DNA of 64,000 nt from Octopus sinensis (lineage: Eukaryota), in contig NC_043022.1 in assembly GCF_006345805.1 (NCBI RefSeq), positions 8,680,001 through 8,744,000 on the forward strand. The letters run 5' to 3'. Position 1 is the stretch's first letter; every line of letters begins with the position of its first letter. The notes below the pieces were generated by a model, which ran no database searches, had not been told where the DNA came from, and saw only the letters and a program-made list of their open reading frames with translations. Of the stretch, positions 25,372 to 38,649 are shown piece after piece. The position numbers and the translations under genes are program-made.

Positions 25372-25810
25372 ATTTTTGTGATACATCTTGGGAGGGTCAT
25401 TATACTAAGAATAAACACACATGCTGGTTTTATATCAGTTTCCTATTTCTCAGTTGATTAACCATTTAACTCAATTAACTAATCTGTTATTTGGTTAATC
25501 ATTTTGGTCAGCCACTCAATCAGTTAGTTTAGTCACAGTCCTTTTATTGCCATTTGTGGCCTTATCAATGACATGCCCTCTAGTGATAGCAGTGAAATGA
25601 CTTTGGCCACACTAGTTGGTTGATTGATTGAACAAACGATTAACCAAACAATCATTTAATTAATTGGTAAAATGGTTAACCAGTTGACAAATAAAGAAGG
25701 TGAAGTAGAGCCAGTGCATGTACTTTATTGGTTAGATGAGCCTCCCGAGGTACAACAAAATATTTCAACACATGAGTTGACATCAAGAACTTTGCAAACA
25801 AAATACAAAA
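25372..25810. mobile_element. Foldback/MITE family F copy 1
   Basis: CATCTTGGGAGGGTCATTATAC..AATAAA..CATGCTGGTT pairs with GCCAGTGCATG..TTTATT..GAGCCTCCCGAGGTAC; inner TTAACC/GGTTAA-rich arms. Confidence 0.65.
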
Positions 25811-26088
25811 ACAAAATCTTCAGTTTTTGGGTGTGCCATGTAAATTCAATTATTAGCAGCCTATATGTCACATCTGTTATCTTTGCCTTTGTAAGTGAAC
25901 AAAGGAATACTGATGATGCCACAAAATATTTGGGTTATTATATTTGATGTGTGCTTATTGCTAGCGTAATATTCTATATGTTGAATTTTGTATTGAATTT
26001 CCCCAGAGTGGGTTTATTTTCTGGTGATATTCTGTGGTAGTGTTTATCCATGTTCCAATAAAGCTTCACTTCTAGAGAGTAAGTTATA

Positions 26089-26125
<37 letters not shown>

Positions 26126-26562
26126 ATACCCACTTTTCCATAATTGCACAGGTCAGATGGAATTTGTGGAAGTAGATTTTTTTACAGTCAGATGTCTTAC
26201 CTGGCACCAGCCCTCACCTGTTTCCAAGCAATGTAATATTTCCCCCATGGCCAGGTACGTCTTCATGTAAGATTACAAACAAATAGAACCACTTCTGAAA
26301 TGGTAACACTTGTTTACAACTGTCACATGATGTCAGATCAATGACACACACACATACATACATGAGCAAGCATTATCATACACACACACGTACACACATG
26401 CAGACATATTTACATACACACACACATATATATAAATATAGACAAATACATATATACCTACATATACATATATATATATATAATATATATATATATATGT
26501 ATATGTGTATATTATGTTTATATATTTGTTGTGCAAGATTTTTTATATATATATACAACATA

Positions 26563-26600
<38 letters not shown>

Positions 26601-26669
26601 GAAACTTACATCCATATATATGTGTGTGTGTGTGTACATGTGTGTGTAGAGAGGGAGAGGGAGTGAGAT

Positions 26670-26712
<43 letters not shown>

Positions 26713-27653
26713 GTCAAATATATGTGCATGCATATACGTACACATGCATACTTATTTACTACATTTATATATATATATATATATATAAAATACTCATGTG
26801 TATGTGTACATGTGTTGCCAAGATATATACATTGGTAAAGGATATAATCATTGTCTTGATATCAATGACACTCTCTTAACATTCTCACTGTCAGAAGTGC
26901 AGTGAACCGGTGATAGGCTCATTGGAAACCTGTAACAAAGGATGCTCTTCCTTGCAGTTTACAATCTGAACTAAAATAAATAAATAAATAAAGCATGTTA
27001 AATAGCTCACTCATACAAGAATGTCTGATAGAAATGTCAAAATTTGACAGAAAGTTTGTTTTAGTTCTTTAGTGAGGTTCTACAAACCAGTATGTTTCTG
27101 ATCCTTTCTAAAGTACTATTTCGAGTTCCAGTAACCTATCACTGCACATCTCATTTCCCTGTTGTTGTTATTCTTCTTCTTGTGTAACACCAGGAATTTC
27201 TATGCAACCTGCTACAATTAGTTGCTCAGTTGACCCTCAGATTTCGACCTGCTATCTTGTTTTTCGTTCTTCTTTTCTCTTTTTTTTTAAGTGTTGGTGT
27301 TGCAAAAAAGAGTACCCAATACATATTGTAAAATGGCTGGAATTAGGAAGGGCATTGTGAAATATGGGTGGAATAAGCCTTCATTTCCTCATTTTGATTT
27401 CCGTTGTTCATTTACTTTTGTAAATTATATATTGTTATATTGTTTTATTCTCTTATTTGTTTCAGTCATTTGACTGTGGCCATGCTGGAGCACCACCTTT
27501 ATATAAAATTTTAATTTTACTTCATGTACTTTTTTTACGTGTTATTTCATATAATTTATCTGTTATATGTTTATTAGTGGGGAATGGTTAAAAAAAAAGT
27601 TGCAATAAGGTAATATAAAGGTATCTAATGTCTTGAAGTTGTAATAAATCTAA

Positions 27654-27767
<114 letters not shown>

Positions 27768-27824
27768 TAAACTTCAATTTACATTTTTGAAAATTATGTA
27801 TTTTATTTGCTGATATTTTTAATT

Positions 27825-28630
27825 GGTTAAAGGTGTCAGGTGGCAGAATTGTTTTTGAGTTGGACAAGATGCTAGCAGAACGTTTTGTGGTTGTTTATGT
27901 TTTGAGTTCAAATTCTGCTGAGGTTGAATTTTCCTTCATCCTTTCAAGGTCAATAAAATAAGTACCAGTTGAGGACTAGGGTCCATGTAACTGGACTATA
28001 AAATCTCCCTATAAATTCTCCCCTATAAAAGCTCAGGTCCTGTTCCTGAAATAGAAATATAATTAATGGGTTAAAGGCAGTGAGCTAGTAGAATCATTAC
28101 CATGCCAGAAACGATGCTTTGCTACATTTCTTTGAGCTCTTTACATTTTGGGTTCTAATACTGCTAAGGTTGACTTCATCCTTTCAGGATTGATCGAATA
28201 TGCACCAGTTAAGCACTGAGGTCGATGTAATCAACTGACATCTTCTATATAAAATTTCAAGCCTTCTGCCTAATATAGAATACTATCAACAGGTCAAAGT
28301 TAGCTAGTTGGTAGAATCATAACTATGCCAGACAAGATGATTAGCAATGTTTCTTCTAGTTCTTGATATTCTGAGTTCATATGCCACCAAGGTCAACATT
28401 TCCTTTTCATCCTTTCAAGGTCAATAAAATAAGTGCCAACTGAGCTCTAGGGTCAAGGTATTTTCTGGCCTTGTGCCAAAGTTAGAAAGAATATTATTAA
28501 CAGGTTAAAGTGAGTGTGGTGTCAGAATTGGTGGAGCAATGAAAAAAATAACTTGCTGTAGGTAGTTATGTCTCTTTGTGTTTGAAGTCTGAATCCTGCT
28601 GAGGTCAAATTCATCTTCCATCTTTCAGAT
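27825..28630 (+). repeat. Head-to-tail array of four diverged SINE family D units
   Basis: Shared linker GGT(T/C)AAAG at 27825, 28069, 28292 and 28503 (periods 244/223/211), each followed by GAAT..GAGTTCAAAT..CATCCTTTCA-type blocks. Confidence 0.75.
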
Positions 28631-29240
28631 ATGAGACATTTTGGCACAGCTGGTTTGGCAGCCCCTATCTGGCATCACTGATTCAACACCGACCTTATTT
28701 GACAAAATATATTTTAATGTTTGTCTTGTTCTTTCCATCTCTATTTTTTTCTCTCATTTATATGGTGAGCATATTTCTCTGTGTGTAGGAGGAGAGGTAA
28801 ACTAATTATATCAGTCATATTCAGTTAAGAAATTGTAATCTCTCTCTCTCTCTCTCCCTCTGTTTATGTGTATGAGCACATTTCTCTTTATATGTATGAG
28901 AAGTGGGAAGCTGTTTATGTCAGACATATTCAATTAAGAAATTGTAATGCCTCTCTCACTCCATATCTCTCTCTCTCTCTCTCTATCTCATATGTATACT
29001 TTTCTATATCTGTAACATGATTATCACTGTCATAGAAGCAGTATCATTCATTTCCAATGTTCTAAAGGAACTTGTCTGGGCATAGGAAATATCACCTTGC
29101 TTGGAAACAGGTGAGGGCTGATAACAGGAGGGGCATCTAGCCATAGAAAATTTACCTCAATAAACTTCATCTGACCTACGCTAATATGGATAAGTGGTGA
29201 CGATGATGATATAATATGTTCAATAATTCATAGTATTAAG

Positions 29241-29817
29241 TGTGTGTGTGTGTGTGTGTGTGTGTGATCATCATTTAATGTCTGGCATGGGTTGGACAGT
29301 TTGACAGGAGCTACAAGCCAGAGGAGTTTGGCAAAATCTATTGTCTGCTTTAACAAGTTTCTATGGCTGGATGTACTACCTAACACCAACCACTTTGCAG
29401 AGTGTGTTGGGTGTTTTTGACATGACATCAGCACTTTGAAGGTCATGAAGTAACATGCAAGACAAAAGCCCCTCAACTGTGAATAGTGGGGTAGTACTGA
29501 GAGTTTATATATGTGTGTGCATGTGTGTGTGTGTGTGTGTGTGTGATCATCATTTAATGTCTGGCATGGGTTGGACAGTTTGACAGGAGCTACAAGCCAG
29601 AGGAGTTTGGCAAAATCTATTGTCTGCTTTAACAAGTTTCTATGGCTGGATGTACTACCTAACACCAACCACTTTGCAGAGTGTGTTGGGTGTTTTTGAC
29701 ATGACATCAGCACTTTGAAGGTCATGAAGTAACATGCAAGACAAAAGCCCCTCAACTGTGAATAGTGGGGTAGTACTGAGAGTTTATATATGTGTGTGCA
29801 TGTGTGTGTGTGTGTGT
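29241..29817. repeat. 279-bp tandem duplication of an old RTE 3'UTR remnant, bounded by (TG)n
   Basis: GATCATCATTTAATGTCTGGC at 29266 and 29545; ORF 29228-29755 shows an exact peptide repeat. Confidence 0.9.
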
Positions 29818-30376
29818 AATATCTAAGATTAGATTATGCAATGTCCTTTCTTGTTCTTTCCTTTAAGACAGTAGAATGTGAGTTTTGAGGAAGATTTGGC
29901 TGAATGCCATTTCTAGCAGTGTAGAAACTATGTAGAAGCACCATCATTAGGCTAATGAGGTGTTAGCAGAAACAGAGTGAGGACTTAAATATAAAAAAAA
30001 ATAAAAAATGTTTAATCATGTATTTTACTTTCACTTTTCAACTGTTGTCTGAAATTTTATCACTCATCCTAGAATTGATTTATTTTCTGTCTCACTTCTA
30101 TTTTCGAGAGACTTTCTTGCTTCCTGTGTGGCTCAGCTCAATTAGAGCTGAATTTATATATGCTAACCCACTTTTTTTTTTAATATTTCTACTATTGAAA
30201 AAAATAACAAGAGCAAATAAAAAAATACTATCATCAGCATGTGTATACTCTTCTTCTCTCTATGTTATCTAAATGTTATTCATTTGCCCAAAATAACTTG
30301 TGCTTCTTCCCTTAAAGCCATTTTGTACGTATCTCCTATCACACTATCACACATTGGTTTATACATTTATACTGTT

Positions 30377-30455
<79 letters not shown>

Positions 30456-30919
30456 TGATACATGTATTTCCACACATATATAAACATATACATCTATAAA
30501 CACATATTATATATATATATATACACACAAACTCACATTTATCTCAAAAATTTTCTATATAAAGTTCTATCTGTATGTAGTATATTGTGAAAAAAAAAAC
30601 TATAAAAAAAATATAAGTTTTTCTTATATTTTTTTTTTACTAATACACATTCTGAAAATTAAAATTAAGGGAAAATGTTATTTTTTTTGAGACCCTTGAA
30701 GCTAAATTCCAATTCCAAACCAAAATGTTATTTGGTACTGTGCAGTCAAATTATGTCTACAAACAGTTTCAAAAATATAGATTCCATTGAGAGTAGAATA
30801 ACGTTTATTTACATGGAGTTACTTCACTTTTGAAACAAATTCATAATAATTTCAAATTAATTATCAAATTTTATGTCAAGATCTTTGGAAAGTTTCTTTC
30901 TCTTCTACATATTTATCCA

Positions 30920-31060
30920 CTGGCACTCCTTCAGTTATGAAGATGAGGGTTCCAGTTGATCCAATCAATGGAACAGCCTGCTCATAAAATTAATGTGCAA
31001 GTTGCTGAGCACTCTACAGACATGCCTGCCCTTAATGTGGTTTTCAGGGAGATTCAGCAT
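30920..31060 (-). mobile_element. SINE family C 3' half
   Basis: TGGCACTCCTTCAGTTATGAAGATGAGGGTTCCAGTTGATCCAATCAATGGAACAGCCTGCTC..GGGAGATTCAGCAT. Confidence 0.7.
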
Positions 31061-31952
31061 CACCGAGTGGTATTAAGGCCACAACCCGGCAGACGGGGCT
31101 CTGGTGAAAATCCTTGGAGTGTCTGCTTCAGCAACCGGTGGCTCCTCGGTCATTCTGTCCCTGCGTCTGCGAACAATCTGCGGCAAACAGGATGTCTCCA
31201 CAAGCGGGATTGTTGGGGACCACTTGTGAAATCCACATATTCCCACGAAACTTCTTCCATGAGTAGAAGAAGCCAACTCAACCCGCTCAGGGTGAATGTC
31301 GCCACAAGTACAAGTAAGTAAGATAAGTTAGTAGATAAGCATGAAGGCGCATGGCTTAGTGGTAAAAGCATTTGGCTTATGATTGTAAGTCATGAGGTCA
31401 ATTCAAAGTTCCTGATGGCATAGCTCTGACACTACCCGTTGCCAGCATCCCCACCATGGTGAGAAGGGGATGGACTTTGGGGACAACTAACTTATCAACT
31501 AACCATCACTCCCTGGAAACATTCACACATGATCCAATGAAGGAGCATCTATTTGGTCTGTAGATCTGATAGAATAGCAATATCTTCTTGCATCTGATTA
31601 GGATAATTAGTTCCATTTCCATATAGCCCCCTTTTTTTTCTTTGTTTTCAGAGTGTCCAACTTCCCAAGCAGGTTACCTTCTCATCAGTTAAAAATACAT
31701 GTCTCTTCTTGATGTTGTCAAGGAGTTTTAGTCTCACAATGGTGGCCTGAAAACATATATAAATGATGTCCCTGTGGCACTGGAGTATTTTTTTAAAAAA
31801 GAAGTTTGAAAGATAGTCTGACATAGCAAGATGTATTACAAATGAATACCTATAAAAATAGAAGATCTGAGTGTTCAGAAAATAAAAATAAAAATATACA
31901 CATGCATGTCTGCATTTGTTTGTGTACAAGATATGTACACATATGTATGTGT

Positions 31953-31986
<34 letters not shown>

Positions 31987-32859
31987 GAACTATTTAAAAA
32001 TATATAGACATAGGAAAAAAATAAAAATAGCAAGTTGAAAGGAAAATTCAATGACAAAAAGCTAATGAAGTGGGAGGGGGTGCAAGAAAAGATAAAACAG
32101 AGACAGCAGTCAAAAGAGAATTTATCTCTTGTTGTCGAAGTCTTTGGGTTATCCCAGAAAGTCATCTTCTTATATAACTTTAATATATTGAAGATGGATG
32201 TAAATCAAAGTAACTATACATACATACACAAACACAGTTGTGTGTGTATGTATATAATTTTAGTGACCACATTATACCCATTTCAATTATATTTGATCTT
32301 GTCTCATCTGACAAGATCAAATATGATCAAAATAGTGATAATGTGATCTCTCACACTCTTCCTCACTCCTCGCCTCCTTCCCTCTCCTCCCCTCCCCTCC
32401 CTTCTCTCTTTCGAATAGAAAATATAAAACTCTGCTTTCATTTTATGTATTGAGTACTAAGTTTGAAAACTATTTCATTTGAATCCTATCAACAAGGAAA
32501 ACATTATGCATACCTAACATTATGCATATTATGTATGTATATTTGCGTGCATGTGTATGTATACATATATGTATGTGTATATAGTAGCATGTTGTGTGAT
32601 CTTACACAGTAAAACATGAACAAAGTAAAAAAAGAGATATTGATACTTTAGATGGAGCTAATATTAATGTGTAATATTATATATAGTTTCCAGCTTTCAA
32701 CCATTCTGTTGCTCACAGTTTCATATCCTCATCCCAAGACATTCTTCAGACTTGTTGGTTGATAGAACAGCTACTGTCAGTAGACACATGCATAATTACA
32801 TGCAAACAGCCTTTGACATCTGTTACAGACTGTCTGAGCTGTAACATTACAACTTATTA

Positions 32860-33290
32860 AGCAAATTTTTAGTTCAGTTCAAATATTTGTGATATATTTG
32901 ACCTGTGAAAAGGTCATTTTCTCTGCAGTTTGCTCTGAAGAAAATTCTCCCTTAAGGCAACAGGTGTTAAAAAGAACCAACAATTTGAACTGATATAAAA
33001 ATTTGTTTTTAATTTACAACACTGCTTCGTGTGACTACTACATAATTTGATTGAGCCTGTTGATGTTGTATAGTCAGTAAATAATTTCTACTCATTTTCT
33101 TTAAGAAAGCTTTGACTTCCAAAATCTTGCATTTATCAGTCCACAGAAGGTACACACAAATGACTGTTGGTGCTTTAACACCTGTTACCTAAAACAAGGA
33201 CTTTCTCCACAGCAAATTGTAGTGAAAATGGTCGTTTTTACAGGTCAGATATGTCCCAAACATGTTTGATCTGATCTAAAAGTTTAATTT
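32860..33290. mobile_element. Foldback/MITE-like element
   Basis: TTTGACCTGTGAAAAGGTCATTTTCTCTGCAGTTTGCTCTGAAGAA..AACAGGTGTTAA versus TTAACACCTGTT..TTCTCCACAGCAAATTGTAGTGAAAATGGTCGTTTTTACAGGTCAGA. Confidence 0.65.
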
Positions 33291-34904
33291 ACAACAATAC
33301 TTCATGTTTCTATTACATTATTACAACTTATATGTTTGTAAAGTAAATCCATAAGCTCGGCTGTGTGGGTAGGGGTTTGATCCATGACCACATGATATAG
33401 AGTTCCAGCTTACTGCATGGCATCTTGGTGGAGGTGTTGCAAGTGTCTTTAACCGTAGCTTAGGCTGACAATACCTTGTAAATGAAATTCATAAATGGAA
33501 ATTGTATGGAAGCTTATTATTTGTGTGTGTATACATGAGTGTTTACATTCCAGGTGTCTTTGCATGATACTGTCTGAATAAAATGCTGTCATCATTTTTA
33601 CATCCCCTGTAAATATATGTTCTGTGGCTCTGCACTTTCACCTTGTGTTTACCAGTGAAATAAAATAACCCATTACTTAAAGACAGTTGGGTGGTTGGAG
33701 GGAGTTGGCAACAGGAAAAACATCTGATTGTAAAATGGTATCTTTGTCCAACATATACTTTCTTAGGAAAATGGACACAAACTGAACAAACAGGTGTGTG
33801 ACAGTGTGGTTAAGAAACTAGCTTCCTGACAATATGGCCTTAGATCCAGTTCCATTGTGCAGTATCTTGAGCAAGTGTCTTCTATTATAGCCCTGGACAA
33901 AACAAAACCTTGTGAATAAATTTAGTAGATGAAAATTCAAATAAGTCCATTGTGTGTGTGTGTGTACCTTTGTCTTGATATAATGGGATAGTTGTACGAT
34001 TGTTCGCTTCCAGAAAAACATTACAAACTATGGTAAAATATTACCTTGCTTGGAAACCACTAAAGATTAGTGACAGGAAAGGATTCTAGCTATAAAAAAC
34101 CTGCCTCAACAAATTCTATCTGATCCATGCAAACATAGGAAAGTAGACACTAAATGAGATGATGATGTGGATGTATGTATCTATTATATCATAAAAAAGT
34201 GTATCATAAGAAAAGAACATGTTTTTCACTTTAAAGTTTGTATTGAGTTCTCTCTCAGATAATGACTGCTTCAATCAATGTAATATGGCTCCATAATGAA
34301 CAAAACAGACAACAAAGTATGAAAATGACTCGGCTACAATCTAATGAAGTAGCTTATAAAAATTAATTTTAAAAGATTAAATGGTACATATGTTCAGCTG
34401 CTTCTACCTTAAGGGGTTTCTTCAAGCATCAAAAATAAATACTGAATAAAGAATCATTCATATATATACATATATATCGTTGATTCTTTGTCAATATATA
34501 ACAAAGAAAAAGTAGTCCAGATCATGGGAGTGAGAAGAGGAGTATTATTTTAAAAAGGTGTCAAGAATTACCCAGATAATAAGAGAAGAACAACAGAAGG
34601 GAAGAGAAAACAAAGGAAAGAAAAGAAAAGGTTTATTCATTAAATTTTGGTAATTAATCATCATTGGATGTGTTCTTCTAAGAAAAATGGTATGTTCGGT
34701 ATGTAGCAGTTTGAGCATTTATATATTTGTGTCCTTATTTCCATTGATTAAACATTGAATTTTTTTTATCAATATAGTCAATTATATTGTGGAGTTTAAA
34801 TAGGTTGAAAATCATGTTAAAAATAAAATTAAAGGTGTTATAAAGGAAATATGGTAAGGTTAATGTAAGGAAAGATCTTGAGGATGAATATATGTTTCTT
34901 TATT

Positions 34905-35125
34905 ACCCACAAGGGGCTAAACATAGAGGGAACAAACAAGGACAGACAAACGAATTAAGTTGATTACATCGACCCCAGTGCGTAACTGGTACTTAATTTA
35001 TCGACCCTGAAAGGATGAAAGGCAAAGTTGACCATGGCAGAATTTGAACTCAGAACGTAACGGCAGACAAAATACAGCTACACCTTTCGCTCGGCGTGCT
35101 AACGGTTCTGCCAGCTTGCCGCCTT
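34905..35125 (-). mobile_element. SINE family D, relatively young copy (others: 155-325 -, 21360-21600 +, 22511-22750 +, 25010-25255 -, 48290-48440 +, 56340-56515 -)
   Basis: GATTACATCGACCCCAGTG..ACTGGTACTT..TCGACCCTGAAAGGATGAAAGGCAAAG..AATTTGAACTCAGAACGTAA..GCTAACGGTTCTGCCAGCTTGCCGCCTT. Confidence 0.8.
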
Positions 35126-35184
35126 CTTGAGGATGAATATAATTAAGAATAAAAATAACTGGAATAAGGTTGACTCATTTTTGA

Positions 35185-36050
35185 TTTTGAATTTGGTTTG
35201 CAAGAATCTTCATGTGAACTTGTGCGTTGAAACATATTTTGTTATATCTTGGGAGGGTCATTATACCAACAATAAATGCACACACTGGTTATATTTCACT
35301 TCTTCAATTTGTTTTATTTGTTACTTCATTACCCATTTAACCAATTATGATTGTTTGGTTAATTGTTTAATCAATCAATCATTCTTCAAGGTTTGTCAAA
35401 GCTACTTTGTTGCTATTTGTAACCTCATTAATGACACATCATCTCTTCTCCAGGTGTGTAGGAATGTTGTGCTTTGTGATGATGTCTGAATTTTTTACTT
35501 TGTATCTGTTACTACATTTATATACTAACTTTCACTTTTGCAAACCTTCACACTGACTTCTGGAGGGGGTCAGGTTTCACCAGATTTAAAATACCTGAGC
35601 TGTGCCATATACCATGATGAAGCCTCTTAGTAGTCTCCCATCTGGAGCTGAAAGCTGAAAGAAAGGAGAAAAACTGAACATAAGAGTACAGTTACATACG
35701 TTACAATATATGAGTATTTAAATCTATGAGAAATCAATACAAAGTTTGTGAAAGGTAAAAAAAGGTAAGAAAAGATGCAGGGTAAGAAAAGGAAACACCC
35801 TCAGCTCACAAACACCTTCCTATAGGCCTGGAGTATCATGGTCATGTCATAGAAGTTGCAAATGACAACAAAACGACTTTGACAAGTTTGAATGAATTAA
35901 TTTGTTAAATATTTTACCAAATGACAAATAGAAATAAAGAAGTGAAATAGAACCAGTGCATGTGTTTATTATTAGCATAATGACCCTCCCAAGTTAAAAC
36001 AAACTATGTTTCAAAATACTTCACATCTAAAATCTTGCAAACCAAATAGA
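35185..36050. mobile_element. Foldback/MITE family F copy 2 (longer spacer)
   Basis: TTTGGTTTGCAAG..TCTTGGGAGGGTCATTAT..AATAAA..CACTGGTT (35185-35300) versus AACCAGTGCATG..TTTATT..ATAATGACCCTCCCAAG..CTTGCAAACCAAA (35950-36050). Confidence 0.7.
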
Positions 36051-37207
36051 AAAATGAAATTAGTCAACCCTTTTTCTCAGTTATTTTTCACCTTATTTAA
36101 GCTCATTCATTATATTAAATTAGAATTTCCTTTATGACACTTTCAATATTAATTTTAATATCATATTTAACCTATTTAAACTCCACAGTGTATTTCATTA
36201 TGTTTGTAAAAAAAAATCTATCGATGTTTGATCAATAAAAATAAGGACACAATTCTATAACTATTCAGACTGCTACAGACTGAACATACTAACCGTTTCT
36301 TACAACAACACATCCCACAATGATTAATTACCAAGTTTCAATGAATCAACCTTTTCTTTTCTTTCCTTTGTTTTCTCTTCTCTTCTGTTCATCTGTTATT
36401 ACCCACATAATTCTTGACTCCATTTTAAAATACTCCTCCTCCTCCTCCTCCTCCCATTTCCACAATGTAGACTACTTGTCCTTTGTTATGTATTAACAAA
36501 GAATTGTACATATATAAAAATAAAAAGCAACAATATTTCTTGACATTTGAAAAAATCCCTTAAGGTAAAAACAAGTGGACACATATAACATTTAACAAAA
36601 CTACACACACACATACACACCTACAGACATTAAATGATGATGGATGATATACCTACATACACACAGTATGTAGGTATATCACACAAATGATATACCTGTT
36701 AGATGATATACTTGTTAGAGCAACAAGTGGAATGCCTTGTTATGTCTGTTCTGGCATGTTGTCTTCTAATGGTACTACTGTCTGCAATGAATTTGATGCC
36801 AAGCAGTATCAACTCTTAACTTTCTAGTAGACAATACCATTGGTGTTGAGAGAGGAAACTTACAAATGGAGTCAATTGATAGTTATTTATAAAGGTCCCT
36901 ACTCAAGCCCTTTTCCAAGTGTAGATCCATTCTCACAAAGACTTAGAAAGCTCTCATATGTAAATGCTGGGTAGCCATGTATTTTCTCTTTTGCAAGGTA
37001 CCTGGGCTTTTCCTTCTGTTGTATTTCAGCCTCTCAACACCTGACATAAAACCACTACACTCGCTTAAATAGCTGAAGAGGCTTTTTAGTTTTACCTGTT
37101 TGTTTCTTGTCTTGTAAGATACTTGGTGACCTAGCTTGCACAAAAAATGTACCCAATGCACAGTGTGAAGTGGTTGGCATTCTAAAATCTGGTATGTATT
37201 TGACTAT

Positions 37208-37251
37208 AATCCACTGAGGAGGGCTGATAAGACTGAAATATGTCTAGAATT
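37208..37251 (+). ncRNA. Decayed minimal hammerhead ribozyme motif
   Basis: AATCCA-CTGAGGA-GGGC-TGATAA-GACT-GAAA-T-AT-GTC-TAGAATT. Core, GAAA and GUC are intact; stem II has one mismatch and stem I one mismatch plus a bulge. Confidence 0.6.
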
Positions 37252-38649
37252 CTCACTGTGCCTACCAAAGATCAGGCCAGGTCTCCTCATCTCACTACAT
37301 CTATACATTTAATTTTCAATCAGTTTGAATTTCAAAGTTCTCTCCTTTGCCTTCCCTGGCAATAATTTGTTAATAGAATCTGTTGGAAGCCAACAACATT
37401 GCTGCTTTTCCCAAAATGCATGATATAAAAGAGATATATTTTTTTTTTAAATCAATAAATCTATCCAGGAAATTGTCTAGTAAGGATTATGTTAGTATTG
37501 ATAAACCATTGTATTTCTCTTCAGTATAACCAAACTACTTCATAATAACAACTACATGGTTACAGTCTCCTATCACATACTTCACATCTTGTTTACTACT
37601 GTTAGAATTATTTGCAATCTAATATATGTTTAGAGTAAATTACATGGAGATAAGATGTGGCTAATACAAGCTGAGTGAGCAGCTGTTGTTTTTGAAAGAG
37701 TTAAGTGGCTGTGATTATCCAGGAAATGTCATGTCTTATAAAAAGAAATTAAATAACAAAATGTTGGCATTGATAACATATTCAGTGCTGCTTTTTAGTG
37801 AGGTTTGTTTAACATGTATTCATTTATTCTTTCACTGGTCTTATTTATTGGACTGGGGCCAGGCTGGAGCAGAGTATCACCTCAAAGGCTTTAGTCAGTT
37901 GTAATGTTTCTAGAAACTATTTCAGTCTTGTAGATATTTTATTGATCTCTGTTTACCAAACTACTGAAACACAGTTTAAATACAGACACCCATATAAACA
38001 TTCATGCATACTTACACACATGCACGCATGCACACATGTACACACATGCACACACATGCACACACATGCACACACATCCACACACAATGAGCTTCTGCTG
38101 AATTTCAGTCTACCAATTTCTCACAACACACTGATCCACCAAAGGCTATATTATAAAACACCAACCCATGGTTCCTCACATTGGGAACAAACCTCAAAAT
38201 AAATTGCTTTGAAATGGACTTTTTAACTCAGACCTGGTCCTATATAAGTCTGTGCATGCATGTGTGTGTGTTTGTGTGTGAGATCATCCTCACTTTTACA
38301 TCTGCTTTCCATGCTGGCCTGATTTCGGTATTTTTACTGGGCCCAACAGTTTAAAGGCCCATGTCTTGCCCCAGTGTTTCAATTTTGGCTTGATTTTTAG
38401 GGTTGGATGCCCTTTTCAATACTAACCACTTTGCAGAATGCACTGGATGCTTTATTCATGACACTTGCAAATAATTAAAACAACACAATTTAAAGGAAAT
38501 AAGGCATGAAAGATTCTCTGGCTAGGTTGATTTGGGTACTCCACAACCCTGTTCACTCACTTCTTAAATTGTGTTTGACTGCAACAAAATGTGACGGTGA
38601 ACTGTTTTTTAGATATTTGATTTTGAAAGACACCAACATCTTGAAACTG

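Noticed and set aside
32700-32760. Minus-strand CTGAAGA-ATGTC..GATAT-GAAA-CTG..CAG
   Set aside because: Lacks U16.1 and a contiguous stem I; plausible by chance in AT-rich DNA. The cores at about 3555, 22035 and 31685 were rejected likewise.
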